Assembly: GCA_007694935.1 (NCBI GenBank)
Contig: REES01000041.1
Location: forward strand, 440-64,439
DNA length: 64,000 bases
Origin: Rhodospirillales bacterium
Lineage (GTDB): Bacteria; Pseudomonadota; Alphaproteobacteria; Rhodospirillales; Defluviicoccaceae
Direction of reading: 5' to 3'
Of this stretch, positions 10,281 through 21,976 are shown piece after piece. Position numbers and translations under genes: made by a program. The notes beneath the pieces were generated by a model. It worked only from the letters and a program-made list of their open reading frames with translations. It searched no databases and was not told the DNA's origin. Position 1 is the first letter of the stretch. Every line of letters starts with the position of its first letter.

Positions 10281-11105
10281 TCAGGCGTCGGATTCGTCCG
10301 CCGCCGGCCGTCGGTAGTGGCGGTCGTACTTCTTGGTTACCTGGTCCGTCTTGACGATCATGCACACATCGGTGGTGTTGAACTGCCGGTCGACCACGGC
10401 ACCATCGCCGACGAATCCGCCGAGCCGCAGATAGCCCTTGATCAGCGGCGGCAAGTCGGCCACCACCGCCTGCACGTCGATGCCCGAAGGCGGCATCCGG
10501 GCCATCGGCACGTAATGGTGATCGAGCGCCCGGGGTCTGAGCGCGCTCGGCGCCAGGTGATAGTGGTGCAGGTAGGACAGCGCCCGGTCCATCGCCTCTG
10601 GTTCGGTGCCGGGGAAGCTCGCGCAACCGAACAGCACATCGATCTCGTAGTGGATGACGTAGGCGGCGAGGCCGCGCCACAACAGCTGCATGACGCCGCG
10701 GTTGCGATAGGCGGGATCGACGCACGACCGGCCGACCTCGACCAACTCCCCAGGCAGCCGGAGCAAGGAAGACAGGTCATATTCCTGGGCGGTGTAGAAG
10801 CCACCGCTCCGGTTCGCCACCGACCGCCGCAGCAGGCGATAGGTGCCGACAACGGCCAGGGCCCCGTTGCCGCGTTCGGTGTCAATCACCAGAAGATGAT
10901 CGCAGATCGGATCGAAGTCATCGAAATCGAGCCGCCGCTGCCGTGCCTCCGGGCTCGGCAGTGCCGTCATCTCCTCGTAGAACACCCGGTAGCGCAGCGC
11001 CTGCGCCGCTTCGACCTCGGCCGGCGTCTCCGCCAGGCGGACCACGAAATTATTGACGTGGAGCGGCTCCAAATCGTGCTTCTGCCCCGCTTCAAGCAAG
11101 TCCAT
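10281..11105 (-). CDS. olsB: Ornithine N-acyltransferase (OlsB-like GNAT/hemolysin-like)
   Basis: 'VRLAETPAEVEAAQALRYRVFYEEM' and the following blocks match the OlsB family. ATG 11105 was chosen over the longer track ORF. Confidence 0.7.
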   Translation of the reverse strand: MDLLEAGQKHDLEPLHVNNFVVRLAETPAEVEAAQALRYRVFYEEMTALPSPEARQRRLDFDDFDPICDHLLVIDTERGNGALAVVGTYRLLRRSVANRSGGFYTAQEYDLSSLLRLPGELVEVGRSCVDPAYRNRGVMQLLWRGLAAYVIHYEIDVLFGCASFPGTEPEAMDRALSYLHHYHLAPSALRPRALDHHYVPMARMPPSGIDVQAVVADLPPLIKGYLRLGGFVGDGAVVDRQFNTTDVCMIVKTDQVTKKYDRHYRRPAADESDA

Positions 11106-11342
11106 TGGCAGTCTCAAGGTTGCCGCTTCTGGCGGCAGGGCCGTTCCCAAGCGGTTAGCTATTGCAGACCGCCCAAACGGCTTCAAGCGGAATCGACCCT
11201 GGCACCTGGCGGTGAACACCGCGGCCGGCCTGGGGTTCGATACCGACGAATGAGTCCCATCCATTGGCATCGATCCACCATATCAGCACGGTCGTGGATC
11301 GACCGATCCGACGCTGGCCATCCAAGCGACGGATCCGATCCA

Positions 11343-12218
11343 CTAGCGGGTCGGCACCGGCTCCGACCCGGAATAGTCGTAGAAGCCGCGGCCCGCCTTG
11401 CGTCCCAGCCAACCGGCCTCGACGTACTTCACCAGCAACGGACAAGGCCGGTACTTGGTGTCGGCCAAACCCTCGTGGAGGTTGTGCATGGCGATAAGAC
11501 AGGTATCGAGCCCGATGAAGTCGGCCAGTTCCAGCGGCCCCATGGGGTGATGGGTCCCGAGCTTCATGGCGGTGTCGATGCTGATCACCGAGCCGACGCC
11601 CTCATAGAGCGCATAGATCGCCTCGTTGATCATCGGCATGAGGATGCGGTGGACGATGAACGCCGGAAAATCCTCGGCGCTGATGGGCGTCTTGTTGAGC
11701 GAGAGGATGAAATCACGAACCGTGCGGAACGTGTCTTCGCTGGTCGCGATGCCGCGGATCAACTCCACCAGCTCAAGCTTTTGCACCGGATTCATGAAGT
11801 GGGTGCCGAGGAACCGGGGGGGACGGTCGGTCTGCGCCGCCAGCCGGGTCACCGACAGGGTGGAAGTATTGGTGGTGATGATCGCATCCGTCGGCAGCAC
11901 GTCGCACAGCTTCTTGAGAATGCTCCGCTTGACCGCCTCGTCCTCGAACGCGGCCTCGATTGCCAACTGGCAATCCCGGAACCCCTCGTAGCCGAGTCCG
12001 GAGCTGATTCGTGCGCGCGCTGCCTTGGCCTCGGCCGGGGTCAGCCGCTGCTTCTCCACCGACCGCTCGAGATTCTCGGCGATGGTGGCGAGCGCCCGTT
12101 CCAGCTGCTGTTCGTCAACATCGGCAAGGTAAACCGGGTAGCCGCCGATCGCCAGAACCTCGGCGATCCCGGCTCCCATCTGGCCCGCGCCGACGATGCC
12201 GACCTTGCGGATTTCCAT
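11343..12218 (-). CDS. hbd: 3-hydroxybutyryl-CoA dehydrogenase
   Basis: Rossmann motif 'KVGIVGAGQMGAGIA' plus 3HCDH N- and C-terminal domains. Alternative start at 12227. Confidence 0.85.
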   Translation of the reverse strand: MEIRKVGIVGAGQMGAGIAEVLAIGGYPVYLADVDEQQLERALATIAENLERSVEKQRLTPAEAKAARARISSGLGYEGFRDCQLAIEAAFEDEAVKRSILKKLCDVLPTDAIITTNTSTLSVTRLAAQTDRPPRFLGTHFMNPVQKLELVELIRGIATSEDTFRTVRDFILSLNKTPISAEDFPAFIVHRILMPMINEAIYALYEGVGSVISIDTAMKLGTHHPMGPLELADFIGLDTCLIAMHNLHEGLADTKYRPCPLLVKYVEAGWLGRKAGRGFYDYSGSEPVPTR

Positions 12219-12249
12219 CGGCCACATCCCTGCCGGCCCGGGCTCCCGG

Positions 12250-13182
12250 TTACTTGTCCAGCGCCGTCGTCAGCTCCGGGATCGCCTGGAACAGGTCGGC
12301 CACCAGCCCGTAGTCCGCCACCTGGAAGATCGGTGCCTCTTCGTCCTTGTTGATGGCCACGATGACCTTGCTGTCCTTCATTCCGGCCAAGTGCTGGATC
12401 GCGCCGGAGATGCCGACGGCGATATAGAGTTCCGGGGCCACCACCTTGCCGGTCTGTCCCACCTGGTAGTCGTTGGGCACGAACCCGGCATCCACCGCCG
12501 CCCGCGAGGCCCCCACCGCCGCACCCAGCTTGTCGGCGAGCGCTTCCAGCATCGGGAAGTTGTCGCCACTTTGCATGCCGCGCCCCCCGGACACGACCAC
12601 CCGGGCGCTGGTCAGCTCCGGCCGTTCGCTCTTGGTGAGTTCCTGTCCAACGAACTGCGAGAGACCCGGGTCCTCGCCCGGCTCCACCGGCTCGATCGCG
12701 GCCGAGCCGCCTTCCGCGGCGGCGGCCTCAAAGGCGGTGCCGCGCACCGTGATCACCTTGATCGGATCCGTGCTCTCCACGGTGGCAAGGGCATTGCCGG
12801 CATAGATCGGGCGGACGAACGTATCCGGGCCCTCGATGCCGCTGATGTCGGAAATCGCGGCGACGTCCAGCAAGGCCGCCACCCGCGGCAACAGGTTCTT
12901 GCCGAACGTGTTGGCCGGGGCCAGCACATGGCTGTAGTCCGGCGCCAGCTTGACGACCAAGGGCGCCAGCGTCTCGGCCAGAGCATGGGCATAGATCGGC
13001 GCATCCGCGACCAGCACCTTCGCCACACCGGCCACCTTGGCCGCCTGTTCGGCGACAGAACCGCAGTCGCTGCCGGCGATCAGCACCGAGACATCGCCCA
13101 GCTTGCTGCCCCCGGTGATGGTGTTGAGGGTCGCCGCCTTGAGGGCTTTGTTGTCGTGATCGGCGATGACAAGAACGCTCAT
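12250..13182 (-). CDS. etfA: Electron transfer flavoprotein alpha subunit
   Basis: 310 aa. C-terminal FAD-binding block '[37 protein letters not shown]'. Confidence 0.9.
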   Translation of the reverse strand: MSVLVIADHDNKALKAATLNTITGGSKLGDVSVLIAGSDCGSVAEQAAKVAGVAKVLVADAPIYAHALAETLAPLVVKLAPDYSHVLAPANTFGKNLLPRVAALLDVAAISDISGIEGPDTFVRPIYAGNALATVESTDPIKVITVRGTAFEAAAAEGGSAAIEPVEPGEDPGLSQFVGQELTKSERPELTSARVVVSGGRGMQSGDNFPMLEALADKLGAAVGASRAAVDAGFVPNDYQVGQTGKVVAPELYIAVGISGAIQHLAGMKDSKVIVAINKDEEAPIFQVADYGLVADLFQAIPELTTALDK

Positions 13183-13931
13183 CAGATGACCTTCGCTTCG
13201 TTCCGCAGTTTATCCACCAGTTCGGCGACGCTGCCGACCTTCACCCCGCCCGCGCGAACCGGCGGTTCCGTGACCTTGATCACCTTGAGGCGCGGGGCCG
13301 GATCCACCCCCAGATCCGCGAGCTTGACGGTTTCGATCGGCTTCTTCTTCGCCTTCATGATGTTGGGCAGGGAGGCATAGCGCGGTGTGTTGAGGCGGAG
13401 GTCCGCCGACACCACCGCCGGCAGGTTGATCTTCACGGTCTCAAGCCCGCCGTCGATCTCCCGCACCACCTCGAGCTTGCCGTCATCAACCGCTAGCTTG
13501 GACGCGAATGTCCCCTGGGCCCAGCCCAGCAGGGCGGCCAGCATCTGTCCGGTCTGGTTGGAGTCATCGTCGATGGCCTGTTTGCCGACCACGACGAGCG
13601 AGGGATTTTCTTTTTCAGTCAGAGACTTGAGTGCCTTGGCGACGGCCAGCGGCTGGAGATCCTGGTCGGTTTCCACCAGGATCCCGCGGTCCGCACCCAT
13701 CGCCAGCGCCGTGCGGATGGTCTCCTGGCACTGAGGGGCGCCGATGGAGACCGCGACAATCTCCTGAACCTTGCCGGCCTCTTTCAGGCGTACGGCCTCT
13801 TCCACCGCGATCTCGTCAAAGGGATTCATGGACATCTTCACGTTGGCCGTCTCGACCCCGGAATTGTCCGACTTCACCCGGATTTTTACGTTGTAGTCGA
13901 TGACGCGCTTGACTGCGACGATGACTTTCAT
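13182..13931 (-). CDS. etfB: Electron transfer flavoprotein beta subunit
   Basis: '[19 protein letters not shown]...[11 protein letters not shown]' is a canonical EtfB N-terminus. Its stop overlaps the etfA start. Confidence 0.9.
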   Translation of the reverse strand: MKVIVAVKRVIDYNVKIRVKSDNSGVETANVKMSMNPFDEIAVEEAVRLKEAGKVQEIVAVSIGAPQCQETIRTALAMGADRGILVETDQDLQPLAVAKALKSLTEKENPSLVVVGKQAIDDDSNQTGQMLAALLGWAQGTFASKLAVDDGKLEVVREIDGGLETVKINLPAVVSADLRLNTPRYASLPNIMKAKKKPIETVKLADLGVDPAPRLKVIKVTEPPVRAGGVKVGSVAELVDKLRNEAKVI

Positions 13932-14245
13932 GAGTGACCCGCCATTCCTCCTCAAAGCGTGACCGAGGCCCGGAGCGACCCCGCCATCTTGCGGCCAACC
14001 CCCTGGAAATGCAGCAAAATTTGGCGCTCACGCGGGGTTGACACGTTTTCAGCACACTAAGGCGCACACGTGTCGAGGTCAAGCCCGTCGGCGGCGGCGG
14101 AGCGTCTTGAAAATGTCACAATTGCAGTCGAGCATCGCCTTGGCTTCCCGGATTGGGCCGTCTGCCACCTCCAAGCGAGGGAACCACAGCGGCGTCAGGG
14201 GGCTGTCTGCGTTCATCATCACAAACCATTTTGGGAGAGACGACG

Positions 14246-14695
14246 ATGAAGTTCAGGGGGCTATCGCTCGCACTGGTCCTGCCGTTGGCGACCATGGCAG
14301 GGCATGTTGTGGCATCGGATTACGGCACGCCCGAGGAAGCTCGCGCGATGCTGGAAAGCACCGTGGCGATGCTGCAAGCCGACAAGGTCGGGACGCTCGC
14401 CATGATCAACGCGGGCGAAATCATGGATCGCGATCTCTATCCCTACTGCGGCGGTCCTGACGGGATGTTCACAGCCCACCCCAACCCGGATCTGCTGGGC
14501 AGGAGCCTGCGCGAACTGCAGGACAAGGAAGGCACGGCGTTCGGGGAAACCCTCTATGCCGAGGCGGCCGAAGGCGAAATTGCCGAGGTCTCGTACATGT
14601 GGCCGCGACCCGGCGAAACCGATCCGGTGCAGAAGGTCGCTTACGTGACCATGGTGGACGACCAAGTCTGCGCGGTCGGTTTCTATCAGGAATAG
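14246..14695 (+). CDS. Secreted single-Cache (sCache_2-like) domain protein
   Basis: Signal peptide 'MKFRGLSLALVLPLATMAG', then 'DLYPYCGGPDGMFTAHPNPDLLGRSL...VSYMWPRPG...KVAYV' in a Cache-type pattern. There is no transmitter domain. Confidence 0.6.
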   Translation: MKFRGLSLALVLPLATMAGHVVASDYGTPEEARAMLESTVAMLQADKVGTLAMINAGEIMDRDLYPYCGGPDGMFTAHPNPDLLGRSLRELQDKEGTAFGETLYAEAAEGEIAEVSYMWPRPGETDPVQKVAYVTMVDDQVCAVGFYQE

Positions 14696-14779
14696 GCCCA
14701 CAGCGGATTGACCAGCCGGCCGCATAGGCGGCCGGCATGACCCTGCGGGCCGTCCCGGCCGGTCTCGGGACGGCCCGCG

Positions 14780-16165
14780 TTATCCCGCCGCGTCCCGACC
14801 GGGGGCCTCGTCGACGGTGCCGTCGTCCTCCGCCGTGGCCGTCGCCAGCGGCGACAGCGCCAGATCCTTGACCGTTTGCTTGTCGAGGGCGCGTTCGATC
14901 GCCCGGTCGATGGCTTCCTGCAATCCCTCGATCGCCGGATCCCGCGGCATCCACCCGTAATCGGCGCCGGCGTTCTGGTCGGTCGAACGAACCGCATCCA
15001 GCACTGCTTTGAGCGGAGTCATGTCGGGCGGCTTCGCTGGCAGGTAGGCGGGTGGCCATGCCTCCGCGACCTGCGTGATCAAACCCGCCTTCGCCAGGGC
15101 ATCCACCACGGTACTCAGCGCATCCCGGGGAACGTGCAGGCGCACGGCGAGCCGTTCGAGCGTCCACGGCGCGTTGCCGAGGTAGTAGCTCTGCCCGACC
15201 AGGTGGGCGACCGACAGTGCCAATCGCTCCTTGATGCTGTTGCTGAGGAGCAAGCTTGGCCGGTCCTTCGTCACGAAATCCGGATTCTGATGATAGAAGG
15301 CGATGCTGCCGCCGACCAGTACCACCAGCCAGGTCACGAACAACCAGATGAGGAAAAGGACCATGGCCGCAAAGGCGGAGTACACTGCGGCATACTGGGT
15401 GGAGGTGGCGACGAACGAGGCGAAAGCGGTCCCGGCGGCAGCCCACAGGCCTCCCGCGACGAGGCCGCCGACCAGCGCTGACCCGAACCGGACCCGGGTA
15501 TTGGGCATGAAGATGTAGAGAAACGTGAAGGCGAGGATGACCAGGACGTAGGGAGCGAGGCTCGTCGCCCAGGCGACCACCGCACCGATCCCGGGCGTTT
15601 CCACCACCGCCTGGTAGGCCGGCGTGGCGGTGACCATGGTGGCAACGGCTATGGCCAGAAAGACCAGGACCGGGCCGATCAGCAGGACGCTCAGGTAGTC
15701 GCTGAATCGGCGGGTTAAGGGCCGCTCTCCCCGGATGTGCCAGATGTAATTGAACGAGCCCTCGATTTTCTGCATCAGCGCGACGACGGTATAGAAGAGA
15801 AAGGCCAGGCCGACGGCGCCGAGCACGCCTACCTGCATTCTGTCGACGAAATCGATCAGCCGCTCGGTGACGTCGGCGGCGGCCTCCTCACCCAACGGCT
15901 CGAGCGCGCCAAGAATCAGGGGTTCCATCTGCCCATGCACGCCGAAGCCCTTCAGCACCGAGAACGAGATGGCGAGCAGCGGCACCAGCGACAGCAGGGA
16001 GGTGTAGACCAAGCTCATCGCCCGTAGGGTCAGTTCTCCCTCTTGGATGTCGCGGAACACCACCCATAGCAGGCGTGCAAGACCCAAGGCGGCGCGCTGC
16101 CAACCGGGTCGGGTGGAGAGATCGGTATTCCAGATCAGCCGGGTCAGGCGGTCGATGGCCTGCAT
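14780..16165 (-). CDS. YihY/BrkB family membrane protein with C-terminal extension
   Basis: Starting at 'MQAIDRL' there are six or more TM segments and the 'SLVYTSLLSLVPLLAI' and 'VLFLIWLFVTWLVVLVG' blocks of YihY. It is the C-terminal part of the artefactual 886 aa ORF. Confidence 0.8.
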   Translation of the reverse strand: MQAIDRLTRLIWNTDLSTRPGWQRAALGLARLLWVVFRDIQEGELTLRAMSLVYTSLLSLVPLLAISFSVLKGFGVHGQMEPLILGALEPLGEEAAADVTERLIDFVDRMQVGVLGAVGLAFLFYTVVALMQKIEGSFNYIWHIRGERPLTRRFSDYLSVLLIGPVLVFLAIAVATMVTATPAYQAVVETPGIGAVVAWATSLAPYVLVILAFTFLYIFMPNTRVRFGSALVGGLVAGGLWAAAGTAFASFVATSTQYAAVYSAFAAMVLFLIWLFVTWLVVLVGGSIAFYHQNPDFVTKDRPSLLLSNSIKERLALSVAHLVGQSYYLGNAPWTLERLAVRLHVPRDALSTVVDALAKAGLITQVAEAWPPAYLPAKPPDMTPLKAVLDAVRSTDQNAGADYGWMPRDPAIEGLQEAIDRAIERALDKQTVKDLALSPLATATAEDDGTVDEAPGRDAAG

Positions 16166-16191
16166 GCCGCGTGTCTCCCGCGTGCGAAGTG

Positions 16192-16998
16192 TCAGCCCAA
16201 CAGATCGTAGCCGATGGCCAGCAATATCACCCCCAGAACGACGCGGTAGACCACGAATGGCGTGAAAGTGGCCCGGCGCAGCCACGCCATCATCGCCGCG
16301 ATGGCCGCCAGGGCCGCACCGAAAGCCAGGACCATCGCGGTGATCACCGCACCGGTGAGCTCGGTGTCGCCGGCGGTGTAGAGGTCTGCTCCTTGCAGCA
16401 CGCCGGCTCCCAGGATCGCCGGCATCGAAAGGAGCAGGGCGAAGCGTGCCGCTGCGGCCCGGTCGATGCCGAGCATACGGGCGGCGGTCATGGTGATGCC
16501 GGAGCGGCTGGTGCCGGGGATCAGCGCCAGCACCTGGGCGAGACCGATCAGCACGGCGTCGCGGCTCCTGAGGTCCGACATGGTGCGGCGCGTGCCGGCG
16601 AAGCGGTCGGCCACATAGAGCAGGATGCCGAAGCCGAGGGTGGTCCAGCCGATCACCCGGATATCGCGAAAGGACTCCATGAGCCGGCCGTCCATCAGGA
16701 ACCCGGCGACGACGATGGGCAATGTGCCGATGATCACCAGCCCGAGCAGAACGCCATGGGCGGTGAGGCGGCCGCGCACCAGGTCGAACATGCCGGCCGC
16801 CATTGCCACCACGTCCCGCCAGAAGTACACCATCACCGCGCCGAGGGTGCCGACATGGACGGCAACGTCGACCAGAAGGCCCTGATCCGGCCAGCCAAAC
16901 ACGATGGGGACCAGGATCAGGTGGGCGGAGGAGCTGATCGGGAGGAACTCGGTGACGCCTTGCACGATCGCGAGGACAACAAGATGGATCATTGCCAT
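16192..16998 (-). CDS. uppP: Undecaprenyl-diphosphate phosphatase
   Basis: 'VQGVTEFLPISSSAHL' and 'PGTSRSG' are BacA/UppP signatures. ATG at 16998. Confidence 0.9.
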   Translation of the reverse strand: MAMIHLVVLAIVQGVTEFLPISSSAHLILVPIVFGWPDQGLLVDVAVHVGTLGAVMVYFWRDVVAMAAGMFDLVRGRLTAHGVLLGLVIIGTLPIVVAGFLMDGRLMESFRDIRVIGWTTLGFGILLYVADRFAGTRRTMSDLRSRDAVLIGLAQVLALIPGTSRSGITMTAARMLGIDRAAAARFALLLSMPAILGAGVLQGADLYTAGDTELTGAVITAMVLAFGAALAAIAAMMAWLRRATFTPFVVYRVVLGVILLAIGYDLLG

Positions 16999-17294
16999 CG
17001 GGGCAGGCTCTCCAAATCTGGTGGCAGGGTGGCGGAAAGCGGCAAGGGCGCCATGGTTGCGAAAGAATCGGTTGCCGGTTCGTTTTGACCTTGTATTTTT
17101 CCGCGACGGGACTGATTCTCTCAGGGCTCGGGAAACAAACCGGCCACACTGAATGGGCCGGATCCGCCGGTTGCGCAACGCGCAAGCGGTGGAGCGCTTG
17201 AATGAACGGCGACCGCGGACCCGCACGTGCCCATGCGGTGTCCATACCCGGCGCTATACCACATTTGAGGGGTTTTGGGATTGGGGATCTGCGC

Positions 17295-20200
17295 ATGAGC
17301 CCGCATGTCTTGCCGACGACGGCCCAGGGGCTGTACGACCCGACCAACGAGCACGATGCCTGCGGCATCGGCTTCGTGGCCAATATCAAGAACCGCAAGA
17401 GCCACGATATCGTTGCCCAGGGTCTGCAAATCCTCGTCAACCTCCATCATCGTGGCGCCGTCGGCGCCGATCCGCTGGCCGGTGACGGGGCCGGCATCCT
17501 GGTCCAGGTTCCCGATGCATTCCTTCGGGAAGAGTGTGCCGCGCTCGGGTTCGATCTGCCGCCCCCGGGCGAGTACGCCGTGGGGTTGGTGTTCCTGCCC
17601 CGCAGCCCGGAGTCGCAGGAACGGTGTACAGCGGCGTTTGCCCGGGTGGTTGCCGAAGAGGGGCAGGAACTGCTGGGCTGGCGCGACGTGCCCACGGACA
17701 ATTCGGTGCTCGGCTTCAGCGTCAAGCCGATCGAGCCGGTGATCCGCCAGGTGTTCATCGGCCGCGGCGCCGGCTTCCGGGATGCGGCGGCGTTCGAGCG
17801 CAAGCTATTGGTGATCCGCAAGGTGGTGCACCACGCCATCTGGGACCATGAGATGCCGCAGCGGGACTGGTTCTATATCGTCTCGCTGTCGACTCGCACG
17901 CTCAACTACAAGGGGATGGTGCTGGCCGGCAACCTTCCGACCTACTATCCCGATCTTCAGGACCGTCGCGTTGCCTCGGCACTGGCGCTGGTGCACCAGC
18001 GGTTTTCCACCAATACCTTCCCGTCGTGGAAACTGGCACAGCCGTTCCGCTACCTCTGCCACAACGGCGAGATCAATACCCTGCGCGGCAACATCAACTG
18101 GATGCAGGCGCGCCGCCGTTCCATGAAGTCGGCCCTGCTGGGTGACGATCTCGCCAAGCTGTGGCCGCTGATCGGCGACGGGGTGTCGGACTCCGCGGTG
18201 TTCGACAATGCGCTCGAGTTGCTGGTGGCGGGCGGCTATTCGCTCAGCCATGCGATGATGCTGATGATCCCGGAAGCGTGGGACGACAACCCGCTGATGG
18301 ATGACAAGCGCCGCGCCTTCTACGAGTACCATGCCGCGCTGATGGAGCCGTGGGACGGCCCGGCTGCGGTCGCGTTCACCGACGGCCGTCAGATCGGCGC
18401 CACCCTCGATCGCAACGGGCTGCGCCCGGCCCGCTGGGTGATCACCGACGACGACTTGGCAGTGATGGCCTCGGAAGTCGGGGTGCTGCCCATTCCCGAG
18501 GAAAAAATCGTCAAGAAGTGGCGGCTGCAGCCCGGCAAGATGTTCCTGATCGACCTGGAACAGGGCCGCATCATCGATGACGAGGAGCTGAAGGATACGC
18601 TCGCGTCCTCAAGGCCGTATCAGCAGTGGCTGGACGCGACCCAGACCAAGGTCTCAAGCCTGCCGCCCGAGGTGGGGCCGATGGCGCCCGACCCGATCAC
18701 TCTGCTCGACCGGCAGCAGGCCTTCGGCTACACCCAGGAGGACCTGCGCTTCTTCCTCGCGCCCATGGCCATCACCGGGCAGGAGCCGGTGGGCTCCATG
18801 GGCCGCGACACCCCGCTGGCCGTCCTCTCGGACCGGCCGAAGCTGCTGTACGACTACTTCAAGCAGTGCTTCGCCCAGGTCACCAACCCGCCGATCGATT
18901 CGATCCGGGAAGAACTGGTGATGTCCCTGGTCACCCTGATCGGGCCGCGGCCGAACCTGCTGGAGCCCGAGGGAGCGGCCGGCCATCGCCGCCTGGAGGC
19001 GCATCACCCGATCCTGTCCAACGTGGACCTCGAACGGATTCGCCGGATCGAGAACCATATGGATCGGGCGTTTCGCACCCATACGCTCGACATCTGCTAC
19101 CCCGCCGAACACGGGGCGGCCGGCCTGGAGCCGGCGCTCACGCGGATTCTCGCCGAGGCCGAGGCGGTGGTGCGCCGGGGCAGCAACATCATCATCCTCT
19201 CCGACCGCTCCGTCGGTTCCGACCGCATTCCGGTACCGGCGCTGCTCGCCACCGCTGGGGTCCACCACCACCTGATCCGGGAGGGCTTGCGGACCGAGGT
19301 GGGGCTGGTGGTGGAGACCGGGGAAGCCCGCCAGGTCCATGACTTCTGCCTGCTCGCCGGCTATGGCGCCGAGGCGATCAACCCCTACCTCGCATTCGAC
19401 ACCATCGCCAACCTGCGGACCGAGTTCCCGCCGGAACTCACCGAGGAAGAAGCCTACCGCCGTTACGTCAAGGCGGTCTGCAAGGCCATGCTCAAGGTCA
19501 TGGCCAAGATGGGTATCTCCACCTATCAGTCCTATTGCGGGGCGCAGATCTTCGATGCGGTCGGCCTCTCCAAGGAGTTCGTGAACACCTACTTCGCCGG
19601 CACCCACACGGCGGTGGAGGGAATCGGCTTGGCCGAGATCGCCGAGGAGACGGTACGCCGCCACCGTGCCGCCTACGGGGACGACCCCACCTTGCGCCGG
19701 GCCCTCGACGTCGGCGGCGAGATGGCGTTCCGCCTCCGCGGCGAGGAGCACTTCTGGAAGCCGGAGACCATCGCCCTGCTGCAGCATGCGGTGCGCGCCG
19801 GCGATTACCGCAAGTTCAAGGCCTATACCGGCAAGATCAACGATCAGCAGCGCAAGCTGCGCAACCTCCGCGGTCTGTTCGAGTTCAAGCGGGATTCCGA
19901 GCCTGTGCCGCTCGATGAGGTCGAGCCGGTGAGCGAGATCGTCAAGCGCTTCTCCACCGGGGCGATGTCGTTCGGTGCCATCTCATGGGAGGCCCACACC
20001 ACCCTCGCCATCGCCATGAACCGCCTCGGCGGCAAGTCCAACACCGGCGAGGGCGGTGAGGAGGCGGAGCGCAACGAGCCGCTGCCGGGCGGTGACTCCA
20101 TGCGGTCGGCAATCAAGCAGGTTGCTTCCGGCCGGTTCGGGGTGACCGCCGAGTATCTGGTCCATGCCGACGACATCCAGATCAAGATGGCGCAGGGGGC

Positions 20201-21947
20201 CAAGCCCGGCGAAGGTGGGCAGCTCCCCGGCCACAAGGTGGACGACTGGATCGCCCGGGTGCGCCATTCGACCCCCGGGGTCGGCCTGATCTCGCCGCCG
20301 CCGCACCATGACATCTATTCCATCGAGGACCTGGCGCAGCTCATCCACGACCTCAAGAACGTGAATCCGGAAGCGCGGATCAGCGTCAAGCTGGTGTCCG
20401 AGGTGGGCGTCGGCACGATCGCCGCCGGCGTCTCCAAGGCCCACGCCGACCACGTCACCATTGCCGGGTTCGAGGGCGGCACCGGCGCGAGCCCGCTCAC
20501 CTCGATCCATCACGCCGGTTCGCCGTGGGAGATCGGCCTGGCCGAGACCCACCAGACCCTGGTGCTGAACGACCTCCGCGGCCGGATCGCTGTGCAGGTG
20601 GACGGCGGCATGCGCACCGGTCGCGATGTTGTCGTCGGCGCCATGCTGGGCGCGGACGAGTTCGGCTTCTCCACTGCGGCGCTGATCTCGGCCGGCTGCA
20701 TCATGATGCGGAAGTGCCACCTCAACACCTGCCCGGTGGGGGTCGCCACCCAGGATCCGGAGCTGCGCAAGCGGTTCACCGGCATTCCGGACCATGTGGT
20801 CAACTTCATGGTGTTCATCGCCGAAGAGGTGCGGGAACTGATGGCCGAACTCGGCTTCCGGACCATCACTGAGATGATCGGACGGAGCGACCGGCTGGAG
20901 ATGCGCCCGGCACTGGACCATTGGAAGGCCAAGGGGCTCGACTTCACCCGCATCTTCCATGTGGTCGACGCCCCGCCGGAGGTCGCCCGCTACAACCGCA
21001 GTGCCCAGGACCATGGCCTTGACAAGGCACTGGACCACGAGCTCATTGCCAAGGCCGGTCCGGCACTGGATGACCGCAAGCCGGTGCGCATCGACATGCC
21101 GATCCGCAACGTCAACCGCACCGTCGGCGCCATGCTGTCGGGCCGGGTGGCGAAGCAGTACGGCCACGCCGGGCTGCCGGAGGATACCATCCACATCAAG
21201 CTGACGGGCACGGCGGGGCAGAGCTTTGGCGCCTTTCTGGCCCACGGCGTGACCCTGGAGCTGGAGGGTGATGCCAATGACTACGTCGGCAAGGGCCTGT
21301 CCGGCGGGCGGGTGATCGTCTACCCGGCCCGGTCCAGCCCGATCGATCCCCACGACAACATCATCATCGGCAACACCGTGCTGTACGGCGCCATCGCCGG
21401 CGAGGCGTTCTTCCGCGGAGTGGCCGGGGAACGGTTCGCCGTCCGCAACTCCGGCGTGCATGCGGTGGTCGAGGGAGTCGGCGATCACGGCTGCGAGTAC
21501 ATGACGGGCGGCTGCGTGGTGGTGCTGGGCGGCACCGGGCGCAACTTCGCCGCCGGGATGAGCGGCGGCGTCGCCTACGTGCTGGACGAGGATGGGCAGT
21601 TCCATCGCCGCTGCAACCTGGCCATGGTGGAACTGGAGCCGATCGCCCAGGAGGACGAGTGGCTCGAGGTCCTCGCTCACCAGGGGGGCGACCTGGAAAC
21701 CCACGGGCGGGTCGACGTCGTGCACGACATGACCCGCCACGATGCCCAGCGGCTGTATCGCCTGATCGACCGGCACCGCCGCTACACCGGCAGCCGCCGG
21801 GCCGCCGCCATCATTGCCGAGTGGGACCGGTATCTCCCCCGCTTCGTCAAGGTGATGCCGGTGGATTACCGGCGTGCCTTGGAGCAGATGCAGGCGCGCT
21901 GGCAGGCCACCGAGCGGACCGGCATCAGCGTTGCCGTCGGCATGTAG
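17295..21947 (+). CDS. gltB: Glutamate synthase large subunit
   Basis: About 1550 aa. N-terminal amidotransferase 'CGIGFVAN', then the FMN/3Fe-4S and GXGXG domains throughout. Confidence 0.95.
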   Translation: MSPHVLPTTAQGLYDPTNEHDACGIGFVANIKNRKSHDIVAQGLQILVNLHHRGAVGADPLAGDGAGILVQVPDAFLREECAALGFDLPPPGEYAVGLVFLPRSPESQERCTAAFARVVAEEGQELLGWRDVPTDNSVLGFSVKPIEPVIRQVFIGRGAGFRDAAAFERKLLVIRKVVHHAIWDHEMPQRDWFYIVSLSTRTLNYKGMVLAGNLPTYYPDLQDRRVASALALVHQRFSTNTFPSWKLAQPFRYLCHNGEINTLRGNINWMQARRRSMKSALLGDDLAKLWPLIGDGVSDSAVFDNALELLVAGGYSLSHAMMLMIPEAWDDNPLMDDKRRAFYEYHAALMEPWDGPAAVAFTDGRQIGATLDRNGLRPARWVITDDDLAVMASEVGVLPIPEEKIVKKWRLQPGKMFLIDLEQGRIIDDEELKDTLASSRPYQQWLDATQTKVSSLPPEVGPMAPDPITLLDRQQAFGYTQEDLRFFLAPMAITGQEPVGSMGRDTPLAVLSDRPKLLYDYFKQCFAQVTNPPIDSIREELVMSLVTLIGPRPNLLEPEGAAGHRRLEAHHPILSNVDLERIRRIENHMDRAFRTHTLDICYPAEHGAAGLEPALTRILAEAEAVVRRGSNIIILSDRSVGSDRIPVPALLATAGVHHHLIREGLRTEVGLVVETGEARQVHDFCLLAGYGAEAINPYLAFDTIANLRTEFPPELTEEEAYRRYVKAVCKAMLKVMAKMGISTYQSYCGAQIFDAVGLSKEFVNTYFAGTHTAVEGIGLAEIAEETVRRHRAAYGDDPTLRRALDVGGEMAFRLRGEEHFWKPETIALLQHAVRAGDYRKFKAYTGKINDQQRKLRNLRGLFEFKRDSEPVPLDEVEPVSEIVKRFSTGAMSFGAISWEAHTTLAIAMNRLGGKSNTGEGGEEAERNEPLPGGDSMRSAIKQVASGRFGVTAEYLVHADDIQIKMAQGAKPGEGGQLPGHKVDDWIARVRHSTPGVGLISPPPHHDIYSIEDLAQLIHDLKNVNPEARISVKLVSEVGVGTIAAGVSKAHADHVTIAGFEGGTGASPLTSIHHAGSPWEIGLAETHQTLVLNDLRGRIAVQVDGGMRTGRDVVVGAMLGADEFGFSTAALISAGCIMMRKCHLNTCPVGVATQDPELRKRFTGIPDHVVNFMVFIAEEVRELMAELGFRTITEMIGRSDRLEMRPALDHWKAKGLDFTRIFHVVDAPPEVARYNRSAQDHGLDKALDHELIAKAGPALDDRKPVRIDMPIRNVNRTVGAMLSGRVAKQYGHAGLPEDTIHIKLTGTAGQSFGAFLAHGVTLELEGDANDYVGKGLSGGRVIVYPARSSPIDPHDNIIIGNTVLYGAIAGEAFFRGVAGERFAVRNSGVHAVVEGVGDHGCEYMTGGCVVVLGGTGRNFAAGMSGGVAYVLDEDGQFHRRCNLAMVELEPIAQEDEWLEVLAHQGGDLETHGRVDVVHDMTRHDAQRLYRLIDRHRRYTGSRRAAAIIAEWDRYLPRFVKVMPVDYRRALEQMQARWQATERTGISVAVGM

Positions 21948-21976
21948 ATCGCTGCGTAAGGGAACAGGACGGGATC

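Noticed and set aside
10218-12353. 711-aa plus-strand ORF
   Set aside because: It is antisense to olsB, hbd and part of etfA. This is a shadow ORF with no domain signatures.
14780-17440. 886-aa ORF spanning the yihY and uppP regions
   Set aside because: Only its last 461 aa (from MQAIDRL) look like a real protein (YihY family). The upstream part is Arg/Pro/Gly-rich nonsense and overlaps the convincing uppP gene in another frame. This is a long open frame produced by high GC.
19983-21776. 597-aa minus-strand ORF
   Set aside because: It lies entirely inside and antisense to gltB, which has unmistakable glutamate synthase motifs.
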